Positions 13,326 through 26,803 of a stretch of DNA of 64,000 nucleotides are shown in pieces. This DNA comes from Epiperipatus broadwayi (taxonomy: Eukaryota; Animalia; Onychophora), in assembly GCA_028023455.1 (NCBI GenBank), contig JAQFVV010000001.1, positions 14,632,001-14,696,000 on the forward strand, written 5' to 3'. The notes beneath the pieces were generated by a model. The model saw nothing but the letters and a program-made list of their open reading frames with translations. It searched no databases and was not told the origin of the DNA. The translations under genes and the position numbers were made by a program. Positions within the stretch are counted from its first letter, which is position 1. Each line of letters begins with the position of its first letter.

Positions 13326-14745
13326 AACTTATGAAAAGCTTTTATTTAAAATGTGTAACTTTAATAGCAGAGCTTACAAAATTATTGTATTTTCAATCTT
13401 CACATGTATAAATACTATTGTCAGATTTGTGATGCTTACAAAATCTCAGATACTAGTTAAAAACAATTTATTTTTAGCTCAAATATTTCAGACAAAAATA
13501 CAATTACTAAATGATGTAACTTTATCTTGTAATGCCTGTTTTTAATTGATACTTTGCTTCAATAATATTGAAAAATTAGTTACAAACATACGCACAGAAT
13601 ATTCACATTAAATTTCCAACATTTAAATCTACAATCGTGTAAATATTTTCTGCTTAAAATCTGAATACATATATTACAAATATTTTCATGGATTACAAAG
13701 GTAGATTGAGATTTTTTTTATTAATTAAATACTTCATTGTATTTCATAGATTACTTAATAAAGAATAGAAATTTCAAGATGTAGTGAAATTGAAAATGGC
13801 ATATATTTTTTATTGCCATTTTTTTTAAGAGAATCACTGAAAAGAATGCCTAAAATGAAGAATAACAGCTGCCTTGCATTTGAACATCTCTAATTTTCAT
13901 TTGCATGAAATTAAAGTAATATGATTTTCAAATTTAAAACACTAACCTGTTATTGGGCTGAAATGCTTAAGTGTTTATTATAAATTAATAACAATTTAAA
14001 TAATTTTAATATTTGATGTAAATTATTATTAATTTTTTTATATAATATATGCTATTTTTGGTCATTTAAAAATATAGGCAAGTGTGAAAACAAATAATAA
14101 AAAGTTATTATATGCATTTGTGACATGAATTACTACTATTATTCAAATATTGAAAATTAAAAGTCATTTCTGTAAAAATTGAATAAAATCTTGTGCTGAT
14201 AAGAATAAAACTGTAATAATAATAATAGAAAGCATAAAGTCCAATGCCCACAGATCATATGATGTTCAGAACATTAGTTAAAACTGATAAAATTTAAATG
14301 TGCTATATCAATATTACAATTAACAAAAAATATAAGATCTTATTAAAAAAAAAAACAGCAAAATTTAGCATTAAATTTTTTTAATGAAAAATATTTGGAA
14401 AGAATATGAGAAATGACAACAGCACATAAAAAAATAAATTTCAAATACATTGAACTGATCTGTATAATTATAATAATAATAAAAATAGAGATATATTGTA
14501 TAGGAGGTCTTTAAATAAAAGATGTATAAGCTAATGATACTATAAATTATAAATAAATGAGTAAAATAAAAATAAAAGAAAACAACAGCAGCTATTATAT
14601 AATGAAAATACACTTTTTATTATTCATATAGCATTATTATTAATGAAATATTTTATTCGCTTACAGATTTCAAAATATTAGATCTGCAAATTAGTTATAA
14701 TACAAAATTAAATTATAGTACTGTATTTCAAATCAATCAACTCAC

Positions 14746-14841
14746 CAAATTGAGTGCCTGCCTAACAGGAAGAACAACAATACTCAAGAGTTGATCCAAC
14801 ACTTCCACAAAACTTAAAACAGCCCCCTTGCTATTTTCCTG
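14746..14841 (-). CDS. MYCBP2: MYCBP2 exon: (Q)ENSKGAVLSFVEVLDQLLSIVVLPVRQALNL
   Basis: TAGCAG tandem acceptor (exon start 14841 or 14838) and GTGAG donor. Matches the recalled SF.EVL...L.IVVLPVR motif. Follows a 120-bp intron. Confidence 0.92.
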
Positions 14842-14961
14842 CTATTTTAAATAACGATATTAAAAAAAAAAAATCAAATAAATAAACATAAAAACGAAGT
14901 CATAAATTTTATACTTTAATAAAGTGATCAAAATAATTTTTTTTATTAATAATGTAATTAC

Positions 14962-15180
14962 CTGAAAGCGATGCTTCATGTGAGCCATAAGTAATGGAAA
15001 TCTAACATTTTCTCCATTTCCGAAATAACTAGAATCCATTTCACCAAACTGAATTTTTGCTTGTTCTGAATCATTCTCCCATGAAATAGGCAAAATAGAA
15101 GTCAGACGATAAGCTGGGCTACAAAGTGCAGCTAAGACAGCTGCTAATAAGCGATCAACACCTTCCAAATCAGGACCATG
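14962..15180 (-). CDS. MYCBP2: MYCBP2 exon: HGPDLEGVDRLLAAVLAALCSPAYRLTSILPI...RFPLLMAHMKHRFQ
   Basis: AAG acceptor and GTAAT donor; 219 nt, phase 0 to 0. Contains RLLAAV..ALC...LTSI.PI and RFPLL.AHM motifs. Confidence 0.95.
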
Positions 15181-16029
15181 CTTAAATAAATAAATGAAAA
15201 AAAATCAAATATAAATATGTCTTATTTATTACAATGCTAAATATAATGCAATCTATTTGTTTTTAATAGAAAAATAAATAAAAGAAATAAAACCAAAAAT
15301 ATTAAAATCTATGTAATTTAAAAAGTTTAAATAAATTTATGTCAAATATTGCCAAGAAAGCACTTTCAATGAAAAATTTATTAAACAATAGTGACTTTTA
15401 ATGTAAAATCAGAAAAAGATGAGAAATTAGGTGAAAAAGATATTGCAGAGCAAAATTAGAAGACCCAAGTATGATCAGAAAAAAAAAAAAAAAAATTATC
15501 ATAAAGCAAAAATAATCTTGATTTTGTATTTGACAATGTAATCTGGTAAAACAGAAAATAAATATCCTAAAATTTCAGAAAATAACGTGAATATTTCAGT
15601 TAAACTTTCACAAAATTTGAAGTGAATTTTAGATAATCAAAAAAAACAAAAACAAAACAAAGTTTATATCAAACAAACTATTAGCAAAAAAAATGAAATA
15701 TTCATAAAACATAATATAAATAAACTGTTATCAATTATATTGCTAAAAATAAAAATAGTTACAAATTTAACAGACCAAAAACTTTAAATAAATAATTAAA
15801 AAAAGAATAATTCCTATTATTAGACAAAAATTTATTTATTTTTTAACCAAGGATAAAATAACATAATGTTATATGATGCTCAAAATTTGAATGTCTGATA
15901 CATTTGTAAATGATGAATTTATTAAGTCAATTATAATTGTGAACTGCAAATAACAAGCATACTAAGAATACAGTTTTAAAATGCAATAGATTAGTAAATT
16001 CAAAAAACCAAAACTTATCAAATAATTAG

Positions 16030-16640
16030 AGTTGAATAAATATAGTTCCCACTGTTATAAAAAATATTGTGGACAATCACTTCCAACCATTATCAATTTA
16101 GTGCAAAATGAAAGTCTCTCTGAGTTTAATTCAGTTTCTGTGATTTCTAGGATCTCTCCTCGACAACACATCAGCAAACTTCTTTATTTCCCCTATTTAC
16201 TTCACATGTTCGCTTTCTTACAATCTCTTGGAGATTCAATTCAAAAGTGAAACTGATGTTTTATTATCATCTCTTCTAAAATATATATCAAATCTAGCTC
16301 CATTGTAGACTTAATTCTTTCAATGACGCCAGTGATACTTGTTTATTCTCTTATGCATGTATTTCATCTTTGATCTTTCCTAACATATATCTTTCCACAC
16401 TTCATTAAATGGTCTGAAGACTTTATTAGTCCTTTGTTAAGTATTCAAATCTCAGATCCATAAGTAAAAACTGGTATAATATATCTAGTAAAAACTTTCT
16501 TTTCAAACAAATTAGCAAATTTCCTTTTAATATTAAGCTATTTTTACCCAAGGTACTTCATCCGAGTTTAATACTATGATTAATTTAATCCACTGTGTTT
16601 CCATTTATATTAATAATCTTACCAAGATATTTATAGTCAT
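16030..16640 (-). mobile_element. RTE-like LINE 3' remnant
   Basis: KKVFTRYIIPVFTYGSEI matches the RTE P..TYG.E.W motif. Downstream decayed W..GH and R..GR..RW-like segments. Confidence 0.6.
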
Positions 16641-19600
16641 TAACTTTACAATTATCAATCTTTATTTTCTCATTCTCGTGAGAAAATATATTGAACACTG
16701 TTTCAGTCTTTTAGAATTTATCTTTAATTCTATTTTATTTTAATTGTATCTGATAACTTTTGCAACATTTATAAAATGATTCATTAGTATATAAATTTTA
16801 CTTTGAATTTAAAAATGAATAAAATCAATAAGCAATTATTTTATTAATTTGTTGTTGTTTTTTTAGAATTTTTTGATATATGTATTAGATGATTTTTTCA
16901 TAAATTTTTGATATTAATGCTCTCTTGTTTGAATCTTTCAGAAAATTATTTAAAAAGATTACACGAATTACACATATTCAATACTATTCAGTGCACAGAA
17001 ACATTTTTGTGAAGGATTTTGTGGCAATAGAATATCATTCAAAAATACAGCATGATGACTGAATCAGGTTTATTAAATAATAAATATATACAGTATATAT
17101 CTGAAGAGATGAAACCGTTAGTTTATGAATCATATGTACAATCATATCTGTCTCTTTCAACAGAAAATTTTTCACATACTATTAAATGCTTCAACTGAAC
17201 TTATTACTACCATACAATGATAATTAACTCCTTGGTTATCTTATGAAATCCTATGTGGGGATACAACATTAAAACAATAAAAAGTTAAATCATTAAAAGT
17301 TACAATAGAAAATAATTTATAATTCTTTTACTATCATAGAAATCATGATGATTCTAAATATCCAACAGAAAGCAATTTGATAAGATTTGCCACCACTCTA
17401 TTACTTTATATAATTAGATGTTGGACAGAAATAAACAGTGACTATGATCAAGAGTAAAATAAATTCAAAAATAGAAATATATACATAATGAGGACAAAAT
17501 CATAACTTTCCCAAAAAATAAAGCATGTTTCCCTCTTTTTGATAATATTTCACTTAGAATGATATCTCTTACAAAAATTATGGTTTTGCATAAAACATAA
17601 AATAATCAAACATTCGCATGGTCAAATTGGTCCATAAGTTTTCTCAAATCCTGATCTCTTCACCCCCTCCCTCATAAAATAATAAAAGTTTTTTTTTTCA
17701 AATTAAAAGAAATACCTACTCCCCCCCCCTCCCAACTTTCTTCAAAATCTTATCTTTAAAACAACTTTATTATTTAATAATCTTTATACAATAAATATCT
17801 TGTATATGTTATACATCTCTAATGCTAGTTATTAAAGCTTTTTACTTAAAAATAAAAAGTTTAATTAAACAAAACATATATAACTATATCAAATAAAGCC
17901 ATTCAACATACAAAATTTATTCTATAAAAAGCTATTAATGAATTGAAAAAATCTACATGAATATAAAAGCAATTCTCTATGATTTTTATATATAACTATT
18001 TTTTTTTAAAAAAATACAGTTTATATTCTACCAAGATTATTTTTAACTCCTTAGGACAAAAATCCAAACACACAGTACTAATATAACAGTGTGAGAAGAT
18101 TAAAAAAAACAACTCATTGATATCATAAATACATTTTAAAAATATAATGAGAAGCTTACTTCACATTTAAAATATTTTCTAGTAACAAAGTTTATACTAA
18201 GAAGCAAAGAGGGAAGCCATTTTTAATCAAATCAAAATTCATTTGTAAAATATTTGAAATATCATATAAGAAATACTGCATTCAAAAACAACAAGAATTT
18301 ATCATATTGTTTTTTAGAGAAAATTAAAAAATAGATGGCGAGTTTAACAAAAATGTAAAATTTTGATATTTATAAATTTTTATTACATACTAATTTCATT
18401 TTGTAACTTTTTTGTGTGTATACTATACATATCAATCTTTTTATTTTTAAATGTGACAATCAACAAACATTATCATTATAAAAGTTAGTTTTATACAGTA
18501 GGGTTTCTATCTTTAGTACAAATATTAAATTTGGGATAAATCACTAAACTGTAAAAAATAGTAGATGATCTAGAAAAATATAATTAATTAATTAACTGGG
18601 AGTTAATGAATATAATAAAAAAAATTAAAATAGACAAATACTATTTTGTTTGTGTAAAAATCATTAAAATGCATGGTAAAAAATACAAGTCTACCTATCC
18701 TAAAGAAATAAAATTAGTTAAACAAACATGTAAAACTACTTTCGAGACTCCAATAATAAAGACTCCATCAAATGCAGCCTCTAATATTGATAAAGAAGAA
18801 ATTAAAGATAAAAACATAATTTATGAATTTGCTAAATTCAAGTAAAATAAATTACTTACAAAATGCAGCAAATACCACACATTCACACTTAGGTATAAAA
18901 GTACAAGCAAAAAGACAAAATTATTTTTAGAAACCAAATATTTCTTATGAAAACAAAAATTGCAAAATATAAACATCTAAAACAAAAAAAAAAAGAAGTC
19001 ATAATCTAACATTCTTTTTTTATCCCACACAATCAAAGGTAGTTTTTAGCATAGATAATTTAATTTTTAGTGAAATTAAAAGCTAATCAATGTAAAAATA
19101 CTCATTAAAGAGCAGAAATATTTCATAATGTATAGAACATAAAATATACATTAAATCTAATATAAAAAAAAACCTTACCCATGCATTTAAAAACAATTTC
19201 AAAGCTGTATAAAAAAAATCTGAGATGTTCAGTGTGTTAAATGGGAAGATTTCATTAACTTAAAAACATAGTTAAGATTAGATTAGGTTCAGAGATAAGA
19301 GGGTCCCTCTTATCCTTATCAAGTTGAATCTTGAGTTATGATTTGTAGAGGTCTCTCTTGTTAAAATTAAGCACTCAAGGTGCATGTACTAAGGTTTTAA
19401 CCTTATATAAGTATATTAGATAACAATGTAACTGATTATTAGACCACTTTATCTAAGTATTTAAATTTAATCCAATCATATTAAAATCTTATGATTATTT
19501 CTAATGAAGAAGCTTTAATAAAGTTAAAATAAATGCTCTGTACAATGATACCATTTATTTAAACATTGGACTTATCTTTAAAAAAAAATTCCAAGTTTCA

Positions 19601-20049
19601 TAATTACTACTAATTAATTATAAGTTAGTCCATATTACAGTCTTATCCTGATCTTATTAAACTTCAATATTTAATTTCATCTTGGTCTCATGTTTTGCTG
19701 CACTTGAATAACCATGGTAAAAATAAAATCTGGAAAATGCTGTTGTTGATAAAGACCTTCATTAATAAACATAAATTCCATTTACTGACATGTTATTAAA
19801 AATATGACAATACTAAATTCCACTCAATACAATTCTATGTACTGTTGCCAATTTCAGAGTATGGGTTGACAGACTTTGGAATATTGTTTCTAGTTTGTTT
19901 TTGTTTTTTTAATAAGTTTTTTCAATGATTCAACCACATTTATTCTGATATTTTCCTATTTATTCGTTACATCTACTAAAAAGTATATTATGTAATTGAT
20001 TTTCAGATATTCTGACTACACGACAATTCATGTATTCAAACAAGTAATT

Positions 20050-20440
20050 TTAATCTACCAAAGATCCCATGATCACTATCTCCTATGCTTACACAAGCTG
20101 TTAAAACAGAGGCAAAACTCTCCATACAGTAGTGCCACCCAGTTTAAGGCACAGTAATCAATGGATGCTAAAAGGTTTGTGGATAAAGTCCCTATCAAAA
20201 TAAGCATTCATCGAATATCCCCAGAGTAGTTTCTAGCTTATGGCTTCCATCAATGAGGAGCCTTGGATCTGAGACTACTGTGCCTAGATCTTAAGATCCA
20301 ATGCAACCCTCCAGCATCCACCTTTTACTTATTTTAGTTAACTATAAAGCTATGAGCCCAAAATAAAAACACAATAATGTTTTCAATCCAAGCTCATTCA
20401 ATTGTATAGTATGTAGATCTGAAACCAGTTCAGTATCTAT
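20050..20440 (-). repeat. Dispersed copy of the ~445-bp HHR repeat (family A), core mutated
   Basis: Aligns to the 23.5-25.5 kb array. Its HHR at ~20210-20272 reads TTGATGG/GAAACTACTC. Confidence 0.85.
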
Positions 20441-23400
20441 ACTGAAGCAGTCAATAGCTTAAGATTGAGCTTCATGGTTCCATCTACTAACCTGTATTCA
20501 AACCCTATATCCCACCCCGCTCCTTTTGTCGTGTATATATCTTTTATGTATATATTTGAGATGCGTGCCTAAGTTATAAAATTTTAACGTTTCAATAACA
20601 TTTTTTTTAAAATTATTATTAATTCTTTTTATTAATTATTAGTTCTTTTTTATTAAAGTACATAGGTGCGGCTCAAATATATATTTAAGAGCAAAAAACT
20701 TACTAACAAAATATTGATGTTTTAACTATTTTATTATACGTCATTTTTTTACACTTTTTCTTTTTAAATTGCTTGTTTTTCCTTTTAAACTGTATATTTT
20801 GTAAAATCCAAGATGGAAGATGCAACCGTTATTGTCCAAAAATAATTAAAGGGTTGGAAATACTATTGTTTTAATCTGGGGAAGGTATTTTTAATTAAAG
20901 TTTTTACTTAAAATGGGATTAAGATTAAAGATTTTCTTTTGTTATAAACATTTTTGTCAAATCTATTTCTAATCTGGAAATAGATTTGAATTTATTTTTG
21001 GATGTTATCTAACGTTGCATCTTTCAAAAACAATGGACAAAGAAATGTAAAATTTCTGTTAGATCAGAGATTAGATTTTAAGGCTAAAACTAAGTAATTA
21101 AAAGCATTCCAGAAATACCTGGGCAGAGTATAAAATGGCCGGATTTTAAATCACCAAGAGATTAGCTATCATTGAAAGAACTGCAGTGAACATAACCCAT
21201 GCTGGTTTGAAAGTTTAAAAAAAAATAATGATCGAGTAGTAAGCCCATTCCATGAAGATCATCTTCCGCTGCCGTAATATTCTGCTGCCCTGAAATGAAG
21301 AAAGGCCTCAAAAAGGAACTTTGGAATGCTGATCATAAGCTGGTTTGTCACCAAGAAGATTTCAATTGGATCCATTAAATGTCATACTTTGAAAAATGGA
21401 CTCTTAAAATGATGCAAGGTAAATTATTTCAAACTGCCACCATTGAAACTATATCTAGCTTGACTAACTAGTCTCAAACTCTACTATCAATTTGTCCTAA
21501 TGTATAATTTAATTTTGTAACTTTTCTAATATGTAAATTGCTCTCAAATGATTTCTATAAATTTAATTCTCTCTCATATGTTCTAACTTTCTTTAACTCT
21601 GGTGTGGTCATTTATTTATATGTATGTTTTTATTATTAATATGCCAGTCTCAAGCAATCTGATGAGTTGAATTTCTAAAATCTTCTCTTCTTTTAAGTAA
21701 ACCTTCATGAATTGAGATTATTAACGTTCCCTTAAAACATAATGCATTATTAATAAATACGCTCGCCAGATTGTTTTACGAGTCAACATTTTATTTATGT
21801 TTTAGTATAAAAATATATTTGTTTAACTCTGGATTTTCTACCCGGGGTGAATCCAGAACTCAAGCTAATTAACGCTTTGAAACCTTATTTATTTTATAAA
21901 TGTTATTCAATTCTGAAAAGGTGACCGATTATTTGTTTTCTATATAACTGCTAGTCTTTTTTATTTACTCTTAAAATATCAAATACAGTACTTAAATATT
22001 CCAGTTATTATAAAATCAATGAAGGTGGGATTGATTTATTTTAAATAGCAGAAAAGGAGGGGGTCAAATCTTAATGTATATTTTATTAAATGAAATCTAA
22101 ATCTCTCTATATATATTCTAGTGGCATAGCATCTTATTTATATAAATTATGGCATTCAAACTAGGGTCATTTATTTTTAAAGCAGTAAATCTTATTCAAT
22201 GTCGTTAGTGACATTTACCCATACTGCGTTACTGACATTTGGCCTTATCTTCATGATTATATATATGTGCTTCTTAATCTGGGGGTTACGACAAGTTCAA
22301 ACCCATAGATTTCTTCTCAAGCCTTGTCCTGAGGATAGTTAATCTTCCCAGGACCATTTATTTCATATAAAAAGGCCTCTGGCGGTGATTCCCATAAGTC
22401 TGGCACATGCTATGCCTATCCACTTTCTTCATATAAAAGGCCTGCACGTCGGTGATGTCCACGGCATGCCTTATCCACTTTTCTCTAAGCACTACCCAAG
22501 AAGGGGGTCTTAGACTTCATCTTTCATCCAGAAGCATGACTTTTCCTGTTATTTCTTGGCTATTATGTCAGCACTGCAAACTTCTTCGTATTATTATTTC
22601 TTTTGCTTCATGACCCAGTTTTAATGCTCTAATATTAAAATTGTGCTCTGCTCAAAATATATATAAATGCCAACTACTTCTAGTTTTATTAATTAAATTT
22701 ATTTCAGTCTTATACAATCCCACCATCGTAACTTATTTCTGTATTTAAGAGTATCTATATGCCTTGGGGAAAATAAAGCGTTCTTCTTACCAGCACTAAT
22801 TAAAAGAAGTTTCATTAAGTATTTTGTCATATAATCAAATATGTTTTCAAATGTATTTTATTTATTTTCATGACCGTAATGGCGTGAAAATAGTTTGTAT
22901 TATATCTGTAATGAATCTCGGAACACTCCCCGAAATAATGTTAGTCACCATGTTTCAGAACCGTATATAAAAGCGTTAATAGCAATTTTATGTAAATTCT
23001 TTCTAATAATTGATTGGCATCTTAATATTGGACCCACCAAAGATGTGTGTTTATTTATAATATATTATTTAGCTAATAAAAGAGCATATGAGAAATAATA
23101 GCGTGAATGACAATATATAATTATCTATCGTTTGGTAGACCGCTTGCTCATTCACGCACATACTAATGTATGAAATTAATTTATAAATGTATGTAAATAA
23201 TTTGTCATTATATTAAACTAATTTTTATTGTCTAACTTGTTTGAGTAGTTCGAATTCCTTTTTCTCCACTTCCAAACATACAGCCATGCGTGTATATATT
23301 TTAGTTAAGTCATAGTTAATAGATGTCTCATTGTCTTCTCCACTTTGCTAGTGGGCCGGATTTAAAATTAATTCTCGTGTACTATCACTATTATGTTATT

Positions 23401-23546
23401 CATTAGGTGTTAGATCTAGGGCTTAGAGAGTGGGTTCGAATCCAGACTGGTCCCTGACCTAAATCTCGAGCTTGACTGGGTTTGAAGTATATATTGTGAG
23501 TTCCAGCTCATGTTAGATGGATAAACATGTTTTTACCGGTACAATA

Positions 23547-25040
23547 CTTTTGGGTATCTTTGATTCTTTAGTAACGATAGCCACTATCATATTATGGGCA
23601 GGATTGATATTAAATCCCTAAACATCACATAATCACTATTTCCTATGCTTACATTAGCTGTTAAAACAGAAGAAAAACTCTCCATAAAGTAGTACCACCC
23701 AATGCAAGTCAGAGTAATCAATGAATGTTAGAAAGTTTGTGCATAAAATCCCTATTTAGTGCCTACTTGTGCAATATCCCAGACTAGTTTCTAGCTTGCA
23801 GTTTTCACCAGTTAGAAGCCTTGGACCAGAGAACACTGCACATAGACCTTAGGATACAATACAATCCTCCAGCAGCCACCTTTTACTTTTTTAGTTAATT
23901 ATAAAGCTATGAGCCCAAAATAAAAACACAATAGTGGGGACTGATTTTTTAGCCGATACGAGCCACTTGATGGTGCCGTTTGTAGACCAAACAACATAAA
24001 TATACCGTTTACAGGCCAGTGATGCCCACAAGTATGTTATGCAAATTTCTCGCAATTCACACTGAACGTTTTAAAGTTATTATTAAAACCCCCCCACAAA
24101 AAGGCTCATTTAGTTAAGTTCGTTTACTTATTAATGTGTATTTTGTAAATTGAACTGCTTAAAATAAAAGGGTATGTGCATTTTTGAATTTTAAAAATTT
24201 CTTAAAATAAAAGCGTGATCTTATTGTCAAAAATAAAAATTAGTTTACTTATTAATGTGTACAATAAATTGTTCGTTTTAAAGTTATTATTAAAAAATAC
24301 CCACAAAAAAGTTTGTTTATTTAAATTCATTTACTTATTAATGTCTATTTTGGAATTTAAAATTCTTAAAAGAAAAGCAATGTGCATTTTTGAATGTTAA
24401 AAATTGCTTAAAATAAAAGTGTGAGCTTAGTGTCAAAAAAACAAAACAAAGCCATAAGTTGTTAGTTTTAAAGTTGTTATTACCCCCCCCCCCCCACAAA
24501 AAAGTTTGTTTACTTATTAATGTCTATTTTGTAATTTAAAATGCTTAAAATAAAAGCGATGTGCTTTTTTGAATTTTAAAAATTGCTTAAAATAAAGGTG
24601 TGAGCTTATTGTCAAAAAAACAAAACAATACTATCAAGCGCAAAAAAGAAACTAATTAGGCCCGGTACAGTTATATTTATGTGTTTTGTTCTAGCAACAA
24701 TGCCATCAAGCGGCTTGTATCTGCTAAAAAATCAGTACCTAATAGTGTTTTCATGCCAAGCTCATTCACTTGTATAGTCATATAGATTTGAAATCTGATC
24801 AATATCTATCTATTTTGGTGTGTCTGATTCTTTAATAATCAGTCACCATCATCCTACAGGCAAAATTCGTATTAAGGCATCAAACATCACATGATCACTA
24901 TTTCATATGCTACACTAGCTATTAAAAGAGCCAAAACTCTCTGTACAATAGTGCCACCCAATGCAAGTCAGAGTAATCAAAGGATGCTAGAAGGTTTATG
25001 TATAAAATTCCTATCTAGTGTCTACTTGTCCAATATCCCT
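23547..25040 (-). repeat. Family A tandem HHR repeat, minus arm (~1.5 monomers, interrupted by a TIR element)
   Basis: Same segments recur about 449 bp apart after removing 23936-24740 and its TSD. HHR at ~23772-23830 has core CTGGTGA and GAAACTAGTC. Confidence 0.85.
23936..24740. mobile_element. Non-autonomous DNA transposon with ~82-bp TIRs, 6-bp TSD AATAGT and three internal ~190-207-bp tandem units
   Basis: TIRs at 23936-24017 and 24659-24740. AATAGT at 23930-35 and 24741-46. Removing the element restores the family A sequence. Internal units start at 24068, 24275 and 24465. Confidence 0.85.
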
Positions 25041-25545
25041 GGGTAGGCACTAGATTAGATATTTTATGCATATACCTACTAGCATCAATTGATTACTCTG
25101 GTTTGCACTGAGTGGCATTAATGTACGGAGGGTTTTGTGTCTGTTTTAACAGCTTGTGTAAGCATAGGAAATAGTGATCATGTATGTTTGGTGGTTTAAT
25201 ACCAATCCTGCTCAAAGGTTGATGGAGGCTATGGTTATTAAAAAACCAAAGACACCAAAATGTATAGCTACTGAACTGGTTTCAGATCTATATGACTATA
25301 CAAATGAATGAGCTTGGATTGTTTTTCTTTTGGGCTCATAGTTTTATAGTCAACTAAAAAAGTAAAAGGTGGCTGCTGGAGGGTTGCATTGGTTCCTAAG
25401 ATCTAAGTGCAGTGCTCTCAAATCTAAGCCTCCTCACTGATGAAAGCCACAAACTAGAAACTATAGGGATTTTATGCACAAACCTTCTAGCAACTATTGA
25501 TTACTCTGGCTTGTATTGGTTGTCACTACTGTATGGAGAGTTTTG
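25041..25545 (+). repeat. Family A tandem HHR repeat, plus arm (~1.2 monomers)
   Basis: ATTTTATGCA recurs at 25061 and 25469. CTGATGA is at 25437-43 and GAAA at 25457-60, followed by a ~30-nt deletion that removes the cleavage site. Confidence 0.85.
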
Positions 25546-26494
25546 ATTCTCTACTACTTTGAAATACCAATTATTCTATTCTTCTGTGACTATCTTGATT
25601 GCTAAGCATTATTTCTTATATCATTAATGAATAATTATGCAATACATATATGTGTATATAAGTCTTTCACAATATTTTGTATACATCTAGTTAACTATAT
25701 ATAGACAGCTAAGCATTTTATATAACATTTCATAATATGCAAGAGAAGTGTGTGTGTGAATCACATACACTAGTCAATAAAAATAAACAAATTACACCAA
25801 ATTCAGAATTAAAAAACTAGCCAAAATTTAAAAACTAAAATTTCACAACCAATTAGTTTTACTGCCAAGATTTATTATCTGTCTATGTAGTCATGTCAAT
25901 GCATATACTACTATCTTTTCAATTATTGTATATTGTAAATATATATATATAAATTTAAAAATTATCTGTTAAAAATATATTATAAGCAATAGTTTAAAAT
26001 TATAAATAATGGTAAAACATCAACAGTAATAATATATAATTTATACAGAATTGTAAAACATTGACAATTATAAATTTATGAGGAAAAAAACCCAGATATC
26101 ATGACATTTTCTCAGGAACTATTTATATCAGTACTAGCGGGGTGTCTATTTATTATAAAATCTTAAAATTGATTTATAACAACTGCCTCCTTAAATTTTC
26201 TCTTTCTATGATGTCTCTCTTCATGTAAATATTTTTGTGTGACCTGAATTGAAATCAAATTTGAAGTTACAATATTTTTATAATTAGAAAAAAAAAAACT
26301 GAAGCAGTATTAGACTGATTATTTGTAGCATTTTTTGTATGGTTATAGAGTAATGAAAAATTTAATATTTTTTCTAAAGATCAACTTGATCCACCTATGG
26401 ATGAATTGTTTGTATTCACATATAATTTGATAAATAATATTATTTTTTTGCTTTTTTTTTACGGTTTGCAAATTTATTATTTTATTTTATATTA

Positions 26495-26803
26495 TAGTAA
26501 TATTAGCGATTAAATCAATGCATATGCACTTTAAAGATAAATTATAAATGAATACTCTTAATTTTTCCAGATACGAGATATAGTATTTGAAAAAGAATGG
26601 AATGAATCCACCCATTCTTTCGACCCAAACGTTTATGTATGGGCAAATCTTAAGTGTGTGGAAGTAAGAGCGTGAAGGTGTTACACGATCACTTTAAATT
26701 ACATTTGTTAGGTTTGAACGAATGACACTTGCGAAATCTTTACAATTCATTTATAATTTATCTTTAAAGTGCATGCGCATTGGCTTAATTGCTAATATTA
26801 CTA
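26495..26803. mobile_element. MITE with ~60-bp TIRs beginning TAG and 3-bp TSD TTA (Academ- or PIF/Harbinger-like)
   Basis: TAGTAATATTAGC...ATAAATGAAT is mirrored at the right end. TTA at 26492-94 and 26804-06. Confidence 0.8.

Noticed and set aside
17101-17125. CTGAAGA-GAT-GAAACCGTTA
   Set aside because: No stem II or stem I; possibly a remnant but unsupported.
21655-21690. CTGATGAGTTGAATTTCTAAAATC
   Set aside because: Lacks GAAA/UH and stem pairing.
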